This document shows, in pieces, positions 34,790 to 44,025 of a DNA stretch of 64,000 nt. A program made the translations under genes and the position numbers. Source of the stretch: a virus; IMG/VR virus record IMGVR_UViG_3300045988_154312, positions 160,001 to 224,000 of that record; one strand, written 5' to 3'. How positions within the stretch are numbered: position 1 is the stretch's first letter; each line of letters begins with the position of its first letter. The notes under the pieces are model-generated. The model had not been told where the DNA came from. It worked only from the letters and a program-made list of their open reading frames with translations, and did not search any database.

Positions 34790-34996
34790 ATGAACTACGA
34801 AACATTAGTAACGATCGGCGTAATTTCTTTAGGATTATTAGCTACGATTTGTTTCGTCGTATATCAAGTATTTGAAACACGACGTATGCGTATTCAATAT
34901 GATAATGGATATACTGAAGCTGAAATTAAAGAAATTTTACATGCCGAAATTGATCCGCTATTAAATATTAATAAAGGAAAAGCTAATACAAAATGA
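34790..34996 (+). CDS. small membrane-anchored protein
   Basis: 68 aa. SD TAGGAGA. N-terminal TM segment. Confidence 0.7.
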   Translation: MNYETLVTIGVISLGLLATICFVVYQVFETRRMRIQYDNGYTEAEIKEILHAEIDPLLNINKGKANTK

Positions 34997-35355
34997 AATA
35001 TTGTATAGAAGATAATTACAACGATTTATTAAATTTATTCTTTGGAATACAAAAAAAACAAGCTGCTGGTACAGTATATATGTTATTGCAAAATGAATTA
35101 TATATTATCGATACAGAATTAATTGCTTGTAGCGACAAAATTTTAATTAATTTTAAAGTATCAGAAGATCAAAAAAAGAAAACTGAAAATTTTAAAACAT
35201 ATGTTTGTATATTATCAAAATCCAATTTTGATAACGGTGTCTTTAAAATCAATATTGAAAATAATGAAGATACCAGTGTCGAATTAGAAATTATTCAATT
35301 ATTAACTGAAAAATTGTATGGTCATAATACAATTAGGGATGCGAAAGGATTTTAG
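34993..35355 (+). CDS. hypothetical protein
   Basis: 120 aa. ATGA overlap. Confidence 0.6.
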   Translation: MKYCIEDNYNDLLNLFFGIQKKQAAGTVYMLLQNELYIIDTELIACSDKILINFKVSEDQKKKTENFKTYVCILSKSNFDNGVFKINIENNEDTSVELEIIQLLTEKLYGHNTIRDAKGF

Positions 35356-35356
35356 T

Positions 35357-35749
35357 ATGAAAATCGACATTAACGATAATTTTAAATGGCTTTTAGAAAG
35401 TTTGTTAAACGAAGGTTATGACGGATTTTTCATCGATGATATGTACGGTGCTATATTCACTAAGAATGGTAAAGTTACAAGTATCGATACTTCTAATTTT
35501 ATCACGAGTAATTTTTACAAAGCTTGTTCTGATTTAGAAGAAAACATTGAATATAGTATTAAAGATTTTATCGAAGGAAAGCTTGATGATAAGAATTTTA
35601 AATTTGGCGATAAAGTTATCATTAGACTTAACTGTGAAGAATTTAACGGTATTTTTATTAGAAAAAGCAATAAAAGTAATGTCGTTGCTACTGAAGAATC
35701 TAAAGGCTTATTATTAATTAGTAATAAAAATATTAGAAAAGCTGATTAA
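35357..35749 (+). CDS. hypothetical protein
   Basis: ATG after AAAGGA, 2 nt past the previous stop. 130 aa. Confidence 0.6.
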   Translation: MKIDINDNFKWLLESLLNEGYDGFFIDDMYGAIFTKNGKVTSIDTSNFITSNFYKACSDLEENIEYSIKDFIEGKLDDKNFKFGDKVIIRLNCEEFNGIFIRKSNKSNVVATEESKGLLLISNKNIRKAD

Positions 35750-35772
35750 TTTTTAATTAATAAGGTGAAAAA

Positions 35773-36285
35773 ATGATCGACTTAAATAAATTAAAAAAAT
35801 GTATCGATTTAGATAATCCAAATAAAGCTTTAGAATATTTAGAGAATAATATAACTAAACATGAATTATACATGTATATTGTTAATAAAATCATCGATCA
35901 AAAAAATAATGATTGTGTTTGTATTCCGATGCCTACAGTCTATAATTTATTTATGTCTTATATTCAGGATAAGTGTAATGAACCTTATAAATTATTAGAA
36001 GAAGTCATTGAAGAAAAACCATTAATCGATGTTAAATTATCTAATAATTTAAAAAATCTTCGTTTGAAAAATCTAGATGATTTTAGAAAAAAATTTATCG
36101 GAACAGAAGATGAACATAGATGGATTATTGATTTTACTAGATATATTATATATATTAATAAAGGCAAAGCAAAACATATTTATATATTAAGTCCTTTTTA
36201 TTCTAAAAAAGAAGACAATATATATGGCATGTTTGTTTATAACGTTAATTTTATCGATAATTTTAAATTCGTAGATGAACGATAA
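35773..36285 (+). CDS. hypothetical protein, tandem duplicate A
   Basis: 170 aa. Its N-terminal ~85 aa are closely similar to the next gene (YIVNKIIDQK(N/D)N(D/E)CV..PMPT(V/M)YNLFMS(Y/F)IQD). Confidence 0.7.
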   Translation: MIDLNKLKKCIDLDNPNKALEYLENNITKHELYMYIVNKIIDQKNNDCVCIPMPTVYNLFMSYIQDKCNEPYKLLEEVIEEKPLIDVKLSNNLKNLRLKNLDDFRKKFIGTEDEHRWIIDFTRYIIYINKGKAKHIYILSPFYSKKEDNIYGMFVYNVNFIDNFKFVDER

Positions 36286-36300
36286 TTAAAAGGTGAAAAA

Positions 36301-36876
36301 ATGAAAGAATTTAAATTAGAAGAACTTAAAAAAGCTATCGATCCTAAAGATCCGAAGAAAGCTATTAAATATTTAGGCGAAACGATTACACGTGAGCAAA
36401 TGTATACATATATCGTTAATAAAATTATCGATCAAAAAGATAACGAATGTGTATTTTTACCAATGCCTACGATGTATAATTTATTTATGTCATTCATTCA
36501 AGATATGTGTGACGAACCATACAAACTATTAAGTGATATCATTCAGGAGAAACCAACGTTAGAGATTAAAAAGCTCAAAGAGCTTGAAATTAAAGAAGTC
36601 GAAACTGTTGGTCCTGTTGCTAAATATTTGCTTAATAAGTTTAATCTTGAAGATTATGATGACTTTAGAAAAAAATATATCGATACAGATTTCGAATATC
36701 GTTGGTGGCCATTATTCGTAAAATATATTTTAGAAAAGAATAATGGTAAGGCTAAGAAATTTGAATTATTAAGCCCGTTTTATGCTCCGAAAAATAGTAC
36801 GAGCGATTATGACCTTTTTGCTCCTGAAGATTTCGAAGTAATCGATGATTATAAGTTCGTAAATGAAAGGGAATAA
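36301..36876 (+). CDS. hypothetical protein, tandem duplicate B
   Basis: 191 aa. It has the same SD context (AAGGTGAAAAAATG) as duplicate A. Confidence 0.7.
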   Translation: MKEFKLEELKKAIDPKDPKKAIKYLGETITREQMYTYIVNKIIDQKDNECVFLPMPTMYNLFMSFIQDMCDEPYKLLSDIIQEKPTLEIKKLKELEIKEVETVGPVAKYLLNKFNLEDYDDFRKKYIDTDFEYRWWPLFVKYILEKNNGKAKKFELLSPFYAPKNSTSDYDLFAPEDFEVIDDYKFVNERE

Positions 36877-37431
36877 TGCGTTTAGTATATAATAATAGAG
36901 TCTATCACATGGTCTATCTAACAGATGCCGTATTAAAAGATGGCACCTATTAAAATGCAAAAGAGCACTCGTGATTTTAATCGTGAGATAAATTTTGCAA
37001 GCTAGTAGGGGTGTTGGGAAACTAGCACCTAGCGGCGGTTTTTACCCGTCCAACAAAGACACTGAATTGCTGGAAACTCCTAAAGCTTGAATAGCTACTG
37101 CGTGATATCTTTTTAAGATATGAGCGTAAATGCAGCGAAAGCAGAAAAAATATTCAAGATGGTATATGGTTAAATCCTAAGTGCTATAATAATGGACAAT
37201 CAGCAGCCAAGCCCGCAAGGGAAGGTTCAACGACTAGACCTCGTGAGGGTCGTACACTATAAGCGTTTGATAGTGGAAGTGGTGTCGCCTAAGTTGTATG
37301 TTATTACGATATGGATAAGATATAGTCTGTGCTCATGTGAAAGCATGAGGTGCACGTAATGGTGCCGGTCAGAAGTAGCGATTTTGATTGAACAATCATC
37401 CTCTCAAAGAAGTATTCTTCGGTTTTATATA

Positions 37432-37460
37432 TTGAAATTAAACACTAAATTTGGTAATAT
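37432..37460 (+). promoter_or_regulatory. SigA-type promoter for tnpB inside the element
   Basis: TTGAAA, a 17-nt spacer, then TAATAT (within TGGTAATATAAT). Confidence 0.5.
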
Positions 37461-37502
37461 AATAGTATATATCTATTATTATTACGAAAGGAGGTGTGCC
37501 TC

Positions 37503-38594
37503 ATGAATAAAAGTTTTAAAATTAGAATTTATCCTAACCAAGAACAACAAATATTAATTAATAAAACATTTGGTTGTATTCGATATGTTTATAATTATAT
37601 GCTGAATCTTAAACAAAAAGCATATAATATATTTGAACTTAAAATAAATTTTGTAAAAACATCTAGTATTCTTACAAGACTTAAACAACGTAAATCTTGG
37701 CTTTGCGAAGTTGATGCTGTTGCTTTACAGCAATGTTTAAGAGATTTAGATGCTGCATATACTAAATTTTTTAATGGCTCAGGATATCCTAATTTTAAAT
37801 CTAAACGAGGTAAAAACTCCTATCGTACTAATGGTAAAACTATAACTTTAGATCAAAATAATAAAAAAATTAAAATCCCTAAAGTTGGTTGGATTAAATT
37901 TAGAGATAAAACTAATTTTATTGGTTTAATTAAGATTAATAATATTACTATTTCTAAATCTTCTAGCGGAAAATATTTCGCTAGTATTTTAGCCGAAGTC
38001 GATATTACAGCTTTTGCGAAAACCAAGAAAAGCTGTGGTGTCGACTTAGGGTTAAAAGATTTTTGTATTTTGAACAATGGAACTAAATTTGAAAATCCAA
38101 AATTTTTAGTGCGTAACGAACGACGGCTCAGATTATTACAAAAATCTTTAAGTCGTAAAGTATATGGCTCTAAGAATTATGAAAAGGCCAGAATTAAATT
38201 GGCTAAATTTCATGAATATATAGCTAACTGTCGTAAAGATTATTTGCATAAAATATCATTATTTTTAGTTAAGAACTACGATATTATTTGTGCCGAAACT
38301 TTACAAGTTAAAAATATGCTTAAGAATCGCAAACTAGCTAAAGCCATTAGCGATGTTAGTTGGTATGAATTTTGTCGACAATTAGAATATAAATGCTTGT
38401 GGTATGATAAGAAATTTGTACAAATTAATACATATTTTGCATCATCACAACTATGTTCTAATTGTGGATTTAAAAATTCTGACGTTAAAAATCTCGATGT
38501 CCGTGAATGGACTTGCCCAGAATGTGGACAACATCACGATCGAGATATTAACGCAGCAACTAATATTTTAAATCAAGGATTAACTTTAATATAA
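37503..38594 (+). CDS. tnpB: TnpB (IS200/IS605-family RuvC-like RNA-guided nuclease)
   Basis: 363 aa. SD AAAGGAGG. RuvC motifs CGVDLGLKDF and IICAETLQVKNM, zinc ribbon CSNCG..CPECG, and C-terminal HDRDINAATNI. No tnpA gene is nearby. Confidence 0.85.
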   Translation: MNKSFKIRIYPNQEQQILINKTFGCIRYVYNYMLNLKQKAYNIFELKINFVKTSSILTRLKQRKSWLCEVDAVALQQCLRDLDAAYTKFFNGSGYPNFKSKRGKNSYRTNGKTITLDQNNKKIKIPKVGWIKFRDKTNFIGLIKINNITISKSSSGKYFASILAEVDITAFAKTKKSCGVDLGLKDFCILNNGTKFENPKFLVRNERRLRLLQKSLSRKVYGSKNYEKARIKLAKFHEYIANCRKDYLHKISLFLVKNYDIICAETLQVKNMLKNRKLAKAISDVSWYEFCRQLEYKCLWYDKKFVQINTYFASSQLCSNCGFKNSDVKNLDVREWTCPECGQHHDRDINAATNILNQGLTLI

Positions 38595-38789
38595 TTTCAA
38601 TATATAGAACCGTGGGACTCACGGGGATAGCCTACTGTCTTAGTATAAGACGTGCGTAATAAGCATAAGCTTATTATAAACGCAACTATTGGGTAGGAAC
38701 CTCGTCACTTTTAGTGATGAGAGGATGTCAGGTTAGTGAAGGACTGTGTGAAGACGGTAAATCTTATATTATTAATTGGGAGGATAAAG
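38595..38789 (+). ncRNA. putative omega RNA scaffold / intron 3' segment
   Basis: Directly downstream of tnpB. Hairpins include CCGTGGGACTCACGG and CTCGTCACT-TTT-AGTGATGAG. The extent is uncertain. Confidence 0.4.
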
Positions 38790-38909
38790 ATTTTGATATA
38801 GAATATCCTAGTTCAATTTCTTTAGCATAAACTGAGTAATATATAATTGCCAGTACTGTTAAAATATACATAAGTGTGCTGGTTTTTTAGTATAACGAAA
38901 GGAAACAGC

Positions 38910-39155
38910 ATGAGCGCATCCTTTGTAATATCGATTGTCCAGCTACTCATGTTGATGGGTACTTTCATACTTTGTATAGCTTCTATATTAATAGTAGCTG
39001 GAATATTCGATCTTCTTTGTTCTAAAGAAGAAATACGTAAAAAAGAAATTAACACACAATTAACATGGAGCATCGTCGCATTTTTAGCAACGTTGTTCTT
39101 TATTTATATTTTGTTCGATATGCAACATTTAATCGAAATAAATATAATACCTTAA
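38910..39155 (+). CDS. small membrane protein (2 TM segments)
   Basis: ATG after AAAGGAAA. 81 aa. Confidence 0.6.
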   Translation: MSASFVISIVQLLMLMGTFILCIASILIVAGIFDLLCSKEEIRKKEINTQLTWSIVAFLATLFFIYILFDMQHLIEINIIP

Positions 39156-39319
39156 TTTCTATATGGATCGTATCGGTAAAACTATCGATTGTAATTTCAA
39201 ATTAGTGTTTTTTAGCCTTGGAGATGGTTGAATTTCGCTAATTTTCATGTCGCCATACGATTTGTTATTTAATATAATAGCAATAAGAAGACGAAACAGA
39301 AAGTTAGGAGATCAAACAT

Positions 39320-39637
39320 ATGAAGATTTTAAAAACTGTATTTTTTGCTTTTACGTTATTATTAGGTATTGCTTGCATACCTAATGCTAACGCTACTGAA
39401 TTAACTGCGTATACGCATACAGGTAGCGTAATGGCTAACGGTGAATGGCCATACGAGGGTGCAGTTGCTAGTAACGATTATGCCCTTGGTACAATTTTAA
39501 ATATTAACGGCTACAACTATGTAGTTGCAGATCGAATGGCACCTGGTATTCATGGAGTTATTGATATCTTCATGAATGACTATGATAGAGCTATTAAATT
39601 CGGTCGACAATACGGCGAAGTCTACGTCGTAGCGTAA
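39320..39637 (+). CDS. secreted 3D-domain (MltA/RlpA-like barrel) protein
   Basis: Signal peptide MKILKTVFFAFTLLLGIACIPNANA. Contains LTAYTHTGSVMANG, GTILNI and VVADRMAPG..IDIFM, which fit the 3D-domain pattern. Confidence 0.6.
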   Translation: MKILKTVFFAFTLLLGIACIPNANATELTAYTHTGSVMANGEWPYEGAVASNDYALGTILNINGYNYVVADRMAPGIHGVIDIFMNDYDRAIKFGRQYGEVYVVA

Positions 39638-39780
39638 TCATAATCGATCCATTTTACGTATTACTCTCCCGTTAAAGTACTGGATACTATCCAGCACATG
39701 TATATTTTAATATATTTACATATAACGTTACTATTCTCTCGTCATAGTAACTATTAATAAATAAGGATAGGCGTCTTATT

Positions 39781-40296
39781 ATGAATAATTTATTAAAAGA
39801 TTTGTCGGCATTTGGATATGCCAGAGCTCTCGGACTTCGGACGAGATTTTTAAGTCGTGAATTTTGGACATCTTTTGTATTTACTATTATATTTTTAGCT
39901 AATATGCTATTGTTCGATCATTGTAATAATATGACAATGTTTCATTTAATAGTATTATCTTTACCATATTTAATCGTATTATTTGTGTTAAATGCAATTT
40001 ATCATAATACGGTTATGTATTTACTAGGTAAAGTAAAACGTGTCGACGAAGAAAATGAATTGTATTTAGCTAGTATTGCTGGCTATGCTATTTTAAATAA
40101 TATTATGAATGCCATTGGCATTATTTTTAGTATGACCGGATTATTTTATTATTCCGGCTTTGATCAAGGGATTTTAATGAATCCTATTCTGTTTGTGTTC
40201 ATTGTATTCCTTGTGATTTTTAACACATATATCTGTTTAGCCAATATGGTAAACGGATTTAAAATATATTTAATTACACGAAATCAAGAGGAGTAA
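39781..40296 (+). CDS. polytopic membrane protein
   Basis: 171 aa with 4-5 hydrophobic segments. Confidence 0.65.
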   Translation: MNNLLKDLSAFGYARALGLRTRFLSREFWTSFVFTIIFLANMLLFDHCNNMTMFHLIVLSLPYLIVLFVLNAIYHNTVMYLLGKVKRVDEENELYLASIAGYAILNNIMNAIGIIFSMTGLFYYSGFDQGILMNPILFVFIVFLVIFNTYICLANMVNGFKIYLITRNQEE

Positions 40297-40298
40297 TT

Positions 40299-40700
40299 AT
40301 GCCTATTCTATGGAAAACTACAAAATCTAATAAGACAAGTACATATAAAGGATATGTACCAATACCATCGACAATCGATGAACCATCATTTGCTGAAAAA
40401 TGGAAACGATGGCGAACTGGAGATCCTGCTAAGTTTTTGACATATAAAGATTTACAAGAATTAGTTTTATATTGCTATAATAAAAATCTTAGCGTAACGA
40501 CGACAGAATTAGAATTAGTTTTCCATGATAAGCATATTTATGACAAAGAAACGGCAATTAAATATATTAATGAACACATGAATGAGTTCGGCTATATCGA
40601 TGAATATAGCGGACGAGTTATACATCCTGGTCAAGGAGGTAATAATACAGGAACTAATAATAGCAATAATAATTGCTGTTGTTGCTGTAAAAAACCATAA
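40299..40700 (+). CDS. hypothetical protein with C-terminal Asn-rich tract and a CCCCC-KKP tail
   Basis: 133 aa. SD GAGGAG. It ends ...NNTGTNNSNNNCCCCCKKP. Confidence 0.65.
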   Translation: MPILWKTTKSNKTSTYKGYVPIPSTIDEPSFAEKWKRWRTGDPAKFLTYKDLQELVLYCYNKNLSVTTTELELVFHDKHIYDKETAIKYINEHMNEFGYIDEYSGRVIHPGQGGNNTGTNNSNNNCCCCCKKP

Positions 40701-41071
40701 TGGACATACATAAAATATATATCGATATTTTAACTAGTTATAATATATTAACAGTCTTTAAAGGCGATGTCGACAAGGAAGACTTAAAAATTATTATTAG
40801 CTTATTTTTATTAAGCTATACAAATCTTAGTATTATTAATCGAGATCGCAGTCTTAAAAAAGACGAAAAAGTCGAGAATTTCTTTAATGCTATCGATAAA
40901 ATTATCGACAAACGATTCGTTAAAGATATCCTAGATAAAGAAACATTAGAATCTATCATATTAGATTTTAATAAACGTATTAAATATATGAAAGAACATG
41001 GACTCGATATCGAAGTCTATGAAGAAATGAAGACGCCTGGCGTCGATTCGATTAAATATATTATCGAATAA
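40700..41071 (+). CDS. hypothetical protein
   Basis: 123 aa. TAATG overlap. Confidence 0.6.
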   Translation: MDIHKIYIDILTSYNILTVFKGDVDKEDLKIIISLFLLSYTNLSIINRDRSLKKDEKVENFFNAIDKIIDKRFVKDILDKETLESIILDFNKRIKYMKEHGLDIEVYEEMKTPGVDSIKYIIE

Positions 41072-41075
41072 GTTA

Positions 41076-41115
41076 AGCTCCCCACGATAAACTTATCGTA
41101 AAGGGAGCTTTTTTA
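41076..41115 (+). terminator. intrinsic terminator
   Basis: AGCTCCC..(inner ACGATAA/TTATCGT)..GGGAGCT followed by TTTTT. Confidence 0.75.
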
Positions 41116-41127
41116 ATTGGAGGTATA

Positions 41128-41469
41128 ATGCGAAATATAGATTTAATTCGTAACTATAACAAAATCCAAGATATTGTCGCTATCTTTAATAGCATTAAAG
41201 TAAGTCGTCGAGCAGTATTCGGTGAAGAAATTATGAAAAAACAAACTATTAATGTCGAATTAGGCAAATTGTTTGTTAAACATAAAGTACTTGACGATTA
41301 TCCTGTCTTTAAAATTCTTGTAAAATTACTTGTCGCATGCTATAATAACCCAGAAGAAACAAACATCTCTGAGCTTAAGATTACAAACGATCTTACAGAC
41401 GATGAAATTAAAGAAATTTACGATAGCTTAGAAGAACAAATTAAAGAAAATCCAGGTATTTTCGCATGA
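41128..41469 (+). CDS. hypothetical protein
   Basis: 113 aa. SD TGGAGG. Confidence 0.65.
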   Translation: MRNIDLIRNYNKIQDIVAIFNSIKVSRRAVFGEEIMKKQTINVELGKLFVKHKVLDDYPVFKILVKLLVACYNNPEETNISELKITNDLTDDEIKEIYDSLEEQIKENPGIFA

Positions 41470-41762
41470 ATTTAACTGTAAATCAGATCTTGAGTTTAGA
41501 CGATCCTGAAGAGTATATTCGTGGTCTATTCGTTCGACTATGTATTATTAACTATCGTATAAAACAAAAAGGATTGACTAAAGAAGACCAATACGAAGTC
41601 ATGCAATTAATCGAAAGTATCGCTAATACGGTCGGATACAAAGAAGAAATTCTTAATAAGTGTATCGATATTTTTAGCGTTACGATGAATATGCATCATG
41701 ACTTCTATTTATCTTGGGACTTGGTCGATGAATATTTGAAGGACAAAGTAAAATTATTATGA
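41466..41762 (+). CDS. hypothetical protein
   Basis: 98 aa. ATGA overlap. Confidence 0.6.
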   Translation: MNLTVNQILSLDDPEEYIRGLFVRLCIINYRIKQKGLTKEDQYEVMQLIESIANTVGYKEEILNKCIDIFSVTMNMHHDFYLSWDLVDEYLKDKVKLL

Positions 41763-42190
41763 TTTTTATAAAGGAAAATGTTCTGAAACATGTCGACAAA
41801 ATGGTCGAAGATTTAAACTTTCCAGAACAAATCGGAAGTTTACAAGAATTAAAAGAAATTATTACGCAGGCAATTAATTATAGTACAAGTAAAGATCGAT
41901 CAGAACAATTGTATTTTAGCCTAAATGAAAAACGATTAATTCTATCGATTGATGAGCAGAATTTAGGCACATTCTATTCGGAAGAAGCAGATATGCCAAT
42001 TATCTGGACAGAAATCGAAGATTTTGTACCGTCGCCACATGAAGACGATCAATATACTTATGTAAGTACAGTATACGAGACTATTATCATTAGTGATAAA
42101 TTAAAGCCATTGATTGTTGGCCTATTTTTAGATATTAGTTCAGTGTTACCAGTTAATTATATTAGGAGTTTTAAATATGAATGTAAATAA
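41759..42190 (+). CDS. hypothetical protein
   Basis: 143 aa. ATGA overlap. Confidence 0.6.
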   Translation: MIFIKENVLKHVDKMVEDLNFPEQIGSLQELKEIITQAINYSTSKDRSEQLYFSLNEKRLILSIDEQNLGTFYSEEADMPIIWTEIEDFVPSPHEDDQYTYVSTVYETIIISDKLKPLIVGLFLDISSVLPVNYIRSFKYECK

Positions 42191-42653
42191 AGCTATTAAA
42201 GAAATTAATAATGCACTGACTAATACGGTCGTCGAGATTTATGGAGACAGCGGATCTGGAAAAAGTTATATTGCAGATAAAGTTGCCGAAACAAAAGATT
42301 TTGCTTTGCTAATCGATAGTCTTATGCAACGTACAGAAGGTCAGTATTATATTATTCAATCCAACAAATTGGAAGATGCCGAAGAATTAATTAAAGATTT
42401 TGACTTAATTGTTATCGATGACTTCTTCCAATTGGCTGGTGATCCTAGGAGCAATATTTACAAATTACAAGAATGGGTTTATAATAATAGAAAGTTGTCA
42501 ATTATTTTAATTAATCAGATTCGTGCAAATTTTAATGAACGACGTCCAGAAAAATTTGTTCCGTATGCTGATTATTTATTACAACGTTACGCCGATCGGA
42601 GATTCTATACAGAATTCAAAAATGGCGAATATGTAATTACTCAAGTTAAATGA
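42177..42653 (+). CDS. small P-loop NTPase
   Basis: Walker A at YGDSGSGKS and a Walker-B-like LIVIDDFF. 158 aa. Confidence 0.6.
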   Translation: MNVNKAIKEINNALTNTVVEIYGDSGSGKSYIADKVAETKDFALLIDSLMQRTEGQYYIIQSNKLEDAEELIKDFDLIVIDDFFQLAGDPRSNIYKLQEWVYNNRKLSIILINQIRANFNERRPEKFVPYADYLLQRYADRRFYTEFKNGEYVITQVK

Positions 42654-42662
42654 GGTGAACCT

Positions 42663-43259
42663 ATGATTATTGTAATTTCTGGCCCGAGTGGTAGTGGCAA
42701 AAGTACGCTTGCCGGCTTATTCGAAGTTAAAGGTTTTAAACGTATCGTAACCTCGACTAATCGCGATCGTCGATTAAACGATCCAGAAGGTCAATATTAT
42801 TTCGTTCCGAAAGAAGAATGGAACGACGACGATTATATTTGTGTTACTAATTATGGTGGCAATAAATATGGTATTGATAAAGGTTATTTCGACGAGATTA
42901 ATAAAGACTTAAATTATATTGTCGTATTAGACGAGCCAGGTCTTAAAGAACTAAAAGAATATTATGACAATGTATATGGTTTTTATTTAAATGTTGTCGA
43001 AAAGACTTGTCGTGAACGCATGGCTCAACGTGGTGATGCTGCTGACAATATCGAGAAAAGAATTGCTTATGATAAAGAGCATGATCGTTTTAATTATTTA
43101 ATTGACGACGACGATTTATACGATCAAGCATTCTTTGGCGAAGAACATCCGTCAGTTATCATGCGTCAGATCATGGATTATTTTAATAATAATCCAGATA
43201 GCGAAGAAACGATCGACGAAGGCGAAGAAATTCTTGCTATGCTACATAAACAAAAATAA
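42663..43259 (+). CDS. guanylate-kinase-like nucleoside monophosphate kinase
   Basis: Contains ISGPSGSGKSTL, TSTNRDRR..PEGQYYFV and RMAQRGD, which fit the Gmk-fold pattern. Confidence 0.6.
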   Translation: MIIVISGPSGSGKSTLAGLFEVKGFKRIVTSTNRDRRLNDPEGQYYFVPKEEWNDDDYICVTNYGGNKYGIDKGYFDEINKDLNYIVVLDEPGLKELKEYYDNVYGFYLNVVEKTCRERMAQRGDAADNIEKRIAYDKEHDRFNYLIDDDDLYDQAFFGEEHPSVIMRQIMDYFNNNPDSEETIDEGEEILAMLHKQK

Positions 43260-43270
43260 ATAATATATAA

Positions 43271-43296
43271 AGCCCCTTTTATAGGGGCTATTTTTA
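43271..43296 (+). terminator. intrinsic terminator
   Basis: AGCCCC-TTTTATA-GGGGCT followed by ATTTTT. Confidence 0.75.
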
Positions 43297-43308
43297 ATGG
43301 AGGAAGTA

Positions 43309-44025
43309 ATGGCATATTCTGATAAAATCGAACAGGCTGCTGTAATTTTATTTGATAAACGTGATGATCGTAATAAATTAAGCCTGCGTATTCGTGACCT
43401 ATGTAATATGGATTGGTCAACCGAAACATTTACGTCATTCTCTGCTATGTGTGCTATCGAAATGTCTAAAAAGCATTATTGGGCTAAAGATTGGTCTAAT
43501 ATGAATTCATTGCATATGGCACGTATTTGGTGTATTCTAAATGCCGACGGTGCTACGTTAAGAGAACGTATCGATAATGCTGGCTTTACAGGCCAAAAAA
43601 TTAACGAGATGATTATCGAAGGTGGCGGGACATTACGAAAACAAAAATTTGATATAACTATTCGTAATAGTGAATGCTTTAATAGTACTGAAATTAAATT
43701 ATTAGAAGCTATTAATAGTAGAACTAAAAATAAACGTTTAGCGTCGATGCGTGAAAAGATCACGCCAGAACATCGTGAATTGGCTACGAAGCATCGTTTA
43801 GAAACTCATCAGTATGCTAAACATAAGGAAATTGCAAACAAAACTTTAAAAGAAGCAGTTAAAACTGTTAAAGAAATTAAGAAGCCAGCTCCACGATATG
43901 TTACATATAAATGTATCGTTATCGATAGTAAAAAAAGTAAATTTGATAATATTGTCAATGCAATAAAATTAATTTTGAGTGGTAATTTTAAGGAAGTAAA
44001 GGAAGAAGTCCGTGAGTGTAATTAA
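43309..44025 (+). CDS. hypothetical protein
   Basis: ATG after GGAGGAAG. 238 aa. Confidence 0.65.
   Translation: MAYSDKIEQAAVILFDKRDDRNKLSLRIRDLCNMDWSTETFTSFSAMCAIEMSKKHYWAKDWSNMNSLHMARIWCILNADGATLRERIDNAGFTGQKINEMIIEGGGTLRKQKFDITIRNSECFNSTEIKLLEAINSRTKNKRLASMREKITPEHRELATKHRLETHQYAKHKEIANKTLKEAVKTVKEIKKPAPRYVTYKCIVIDSKKSKFDNIVNAIKLILSGNFKEVKEEVRECN

Larger units (their letters stand above)
36950..38790 (+). mobile_element. IStron-like element: group I intron core + tnpB + 3' omega-RNA-like region (boundaries approximate)
   Basis: Group I P/Q/R/S-like blocks precede tnpB in canonical order: AATTGCTGGAAAC at 37065, CAATCAGCAGCC at 37197, GTTCAACGACTAGACC at 37225 and AAGATATAGTC at 37317. 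A structured, GC-richer ~200 nt follows tnpB. Confidence 0.65.
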
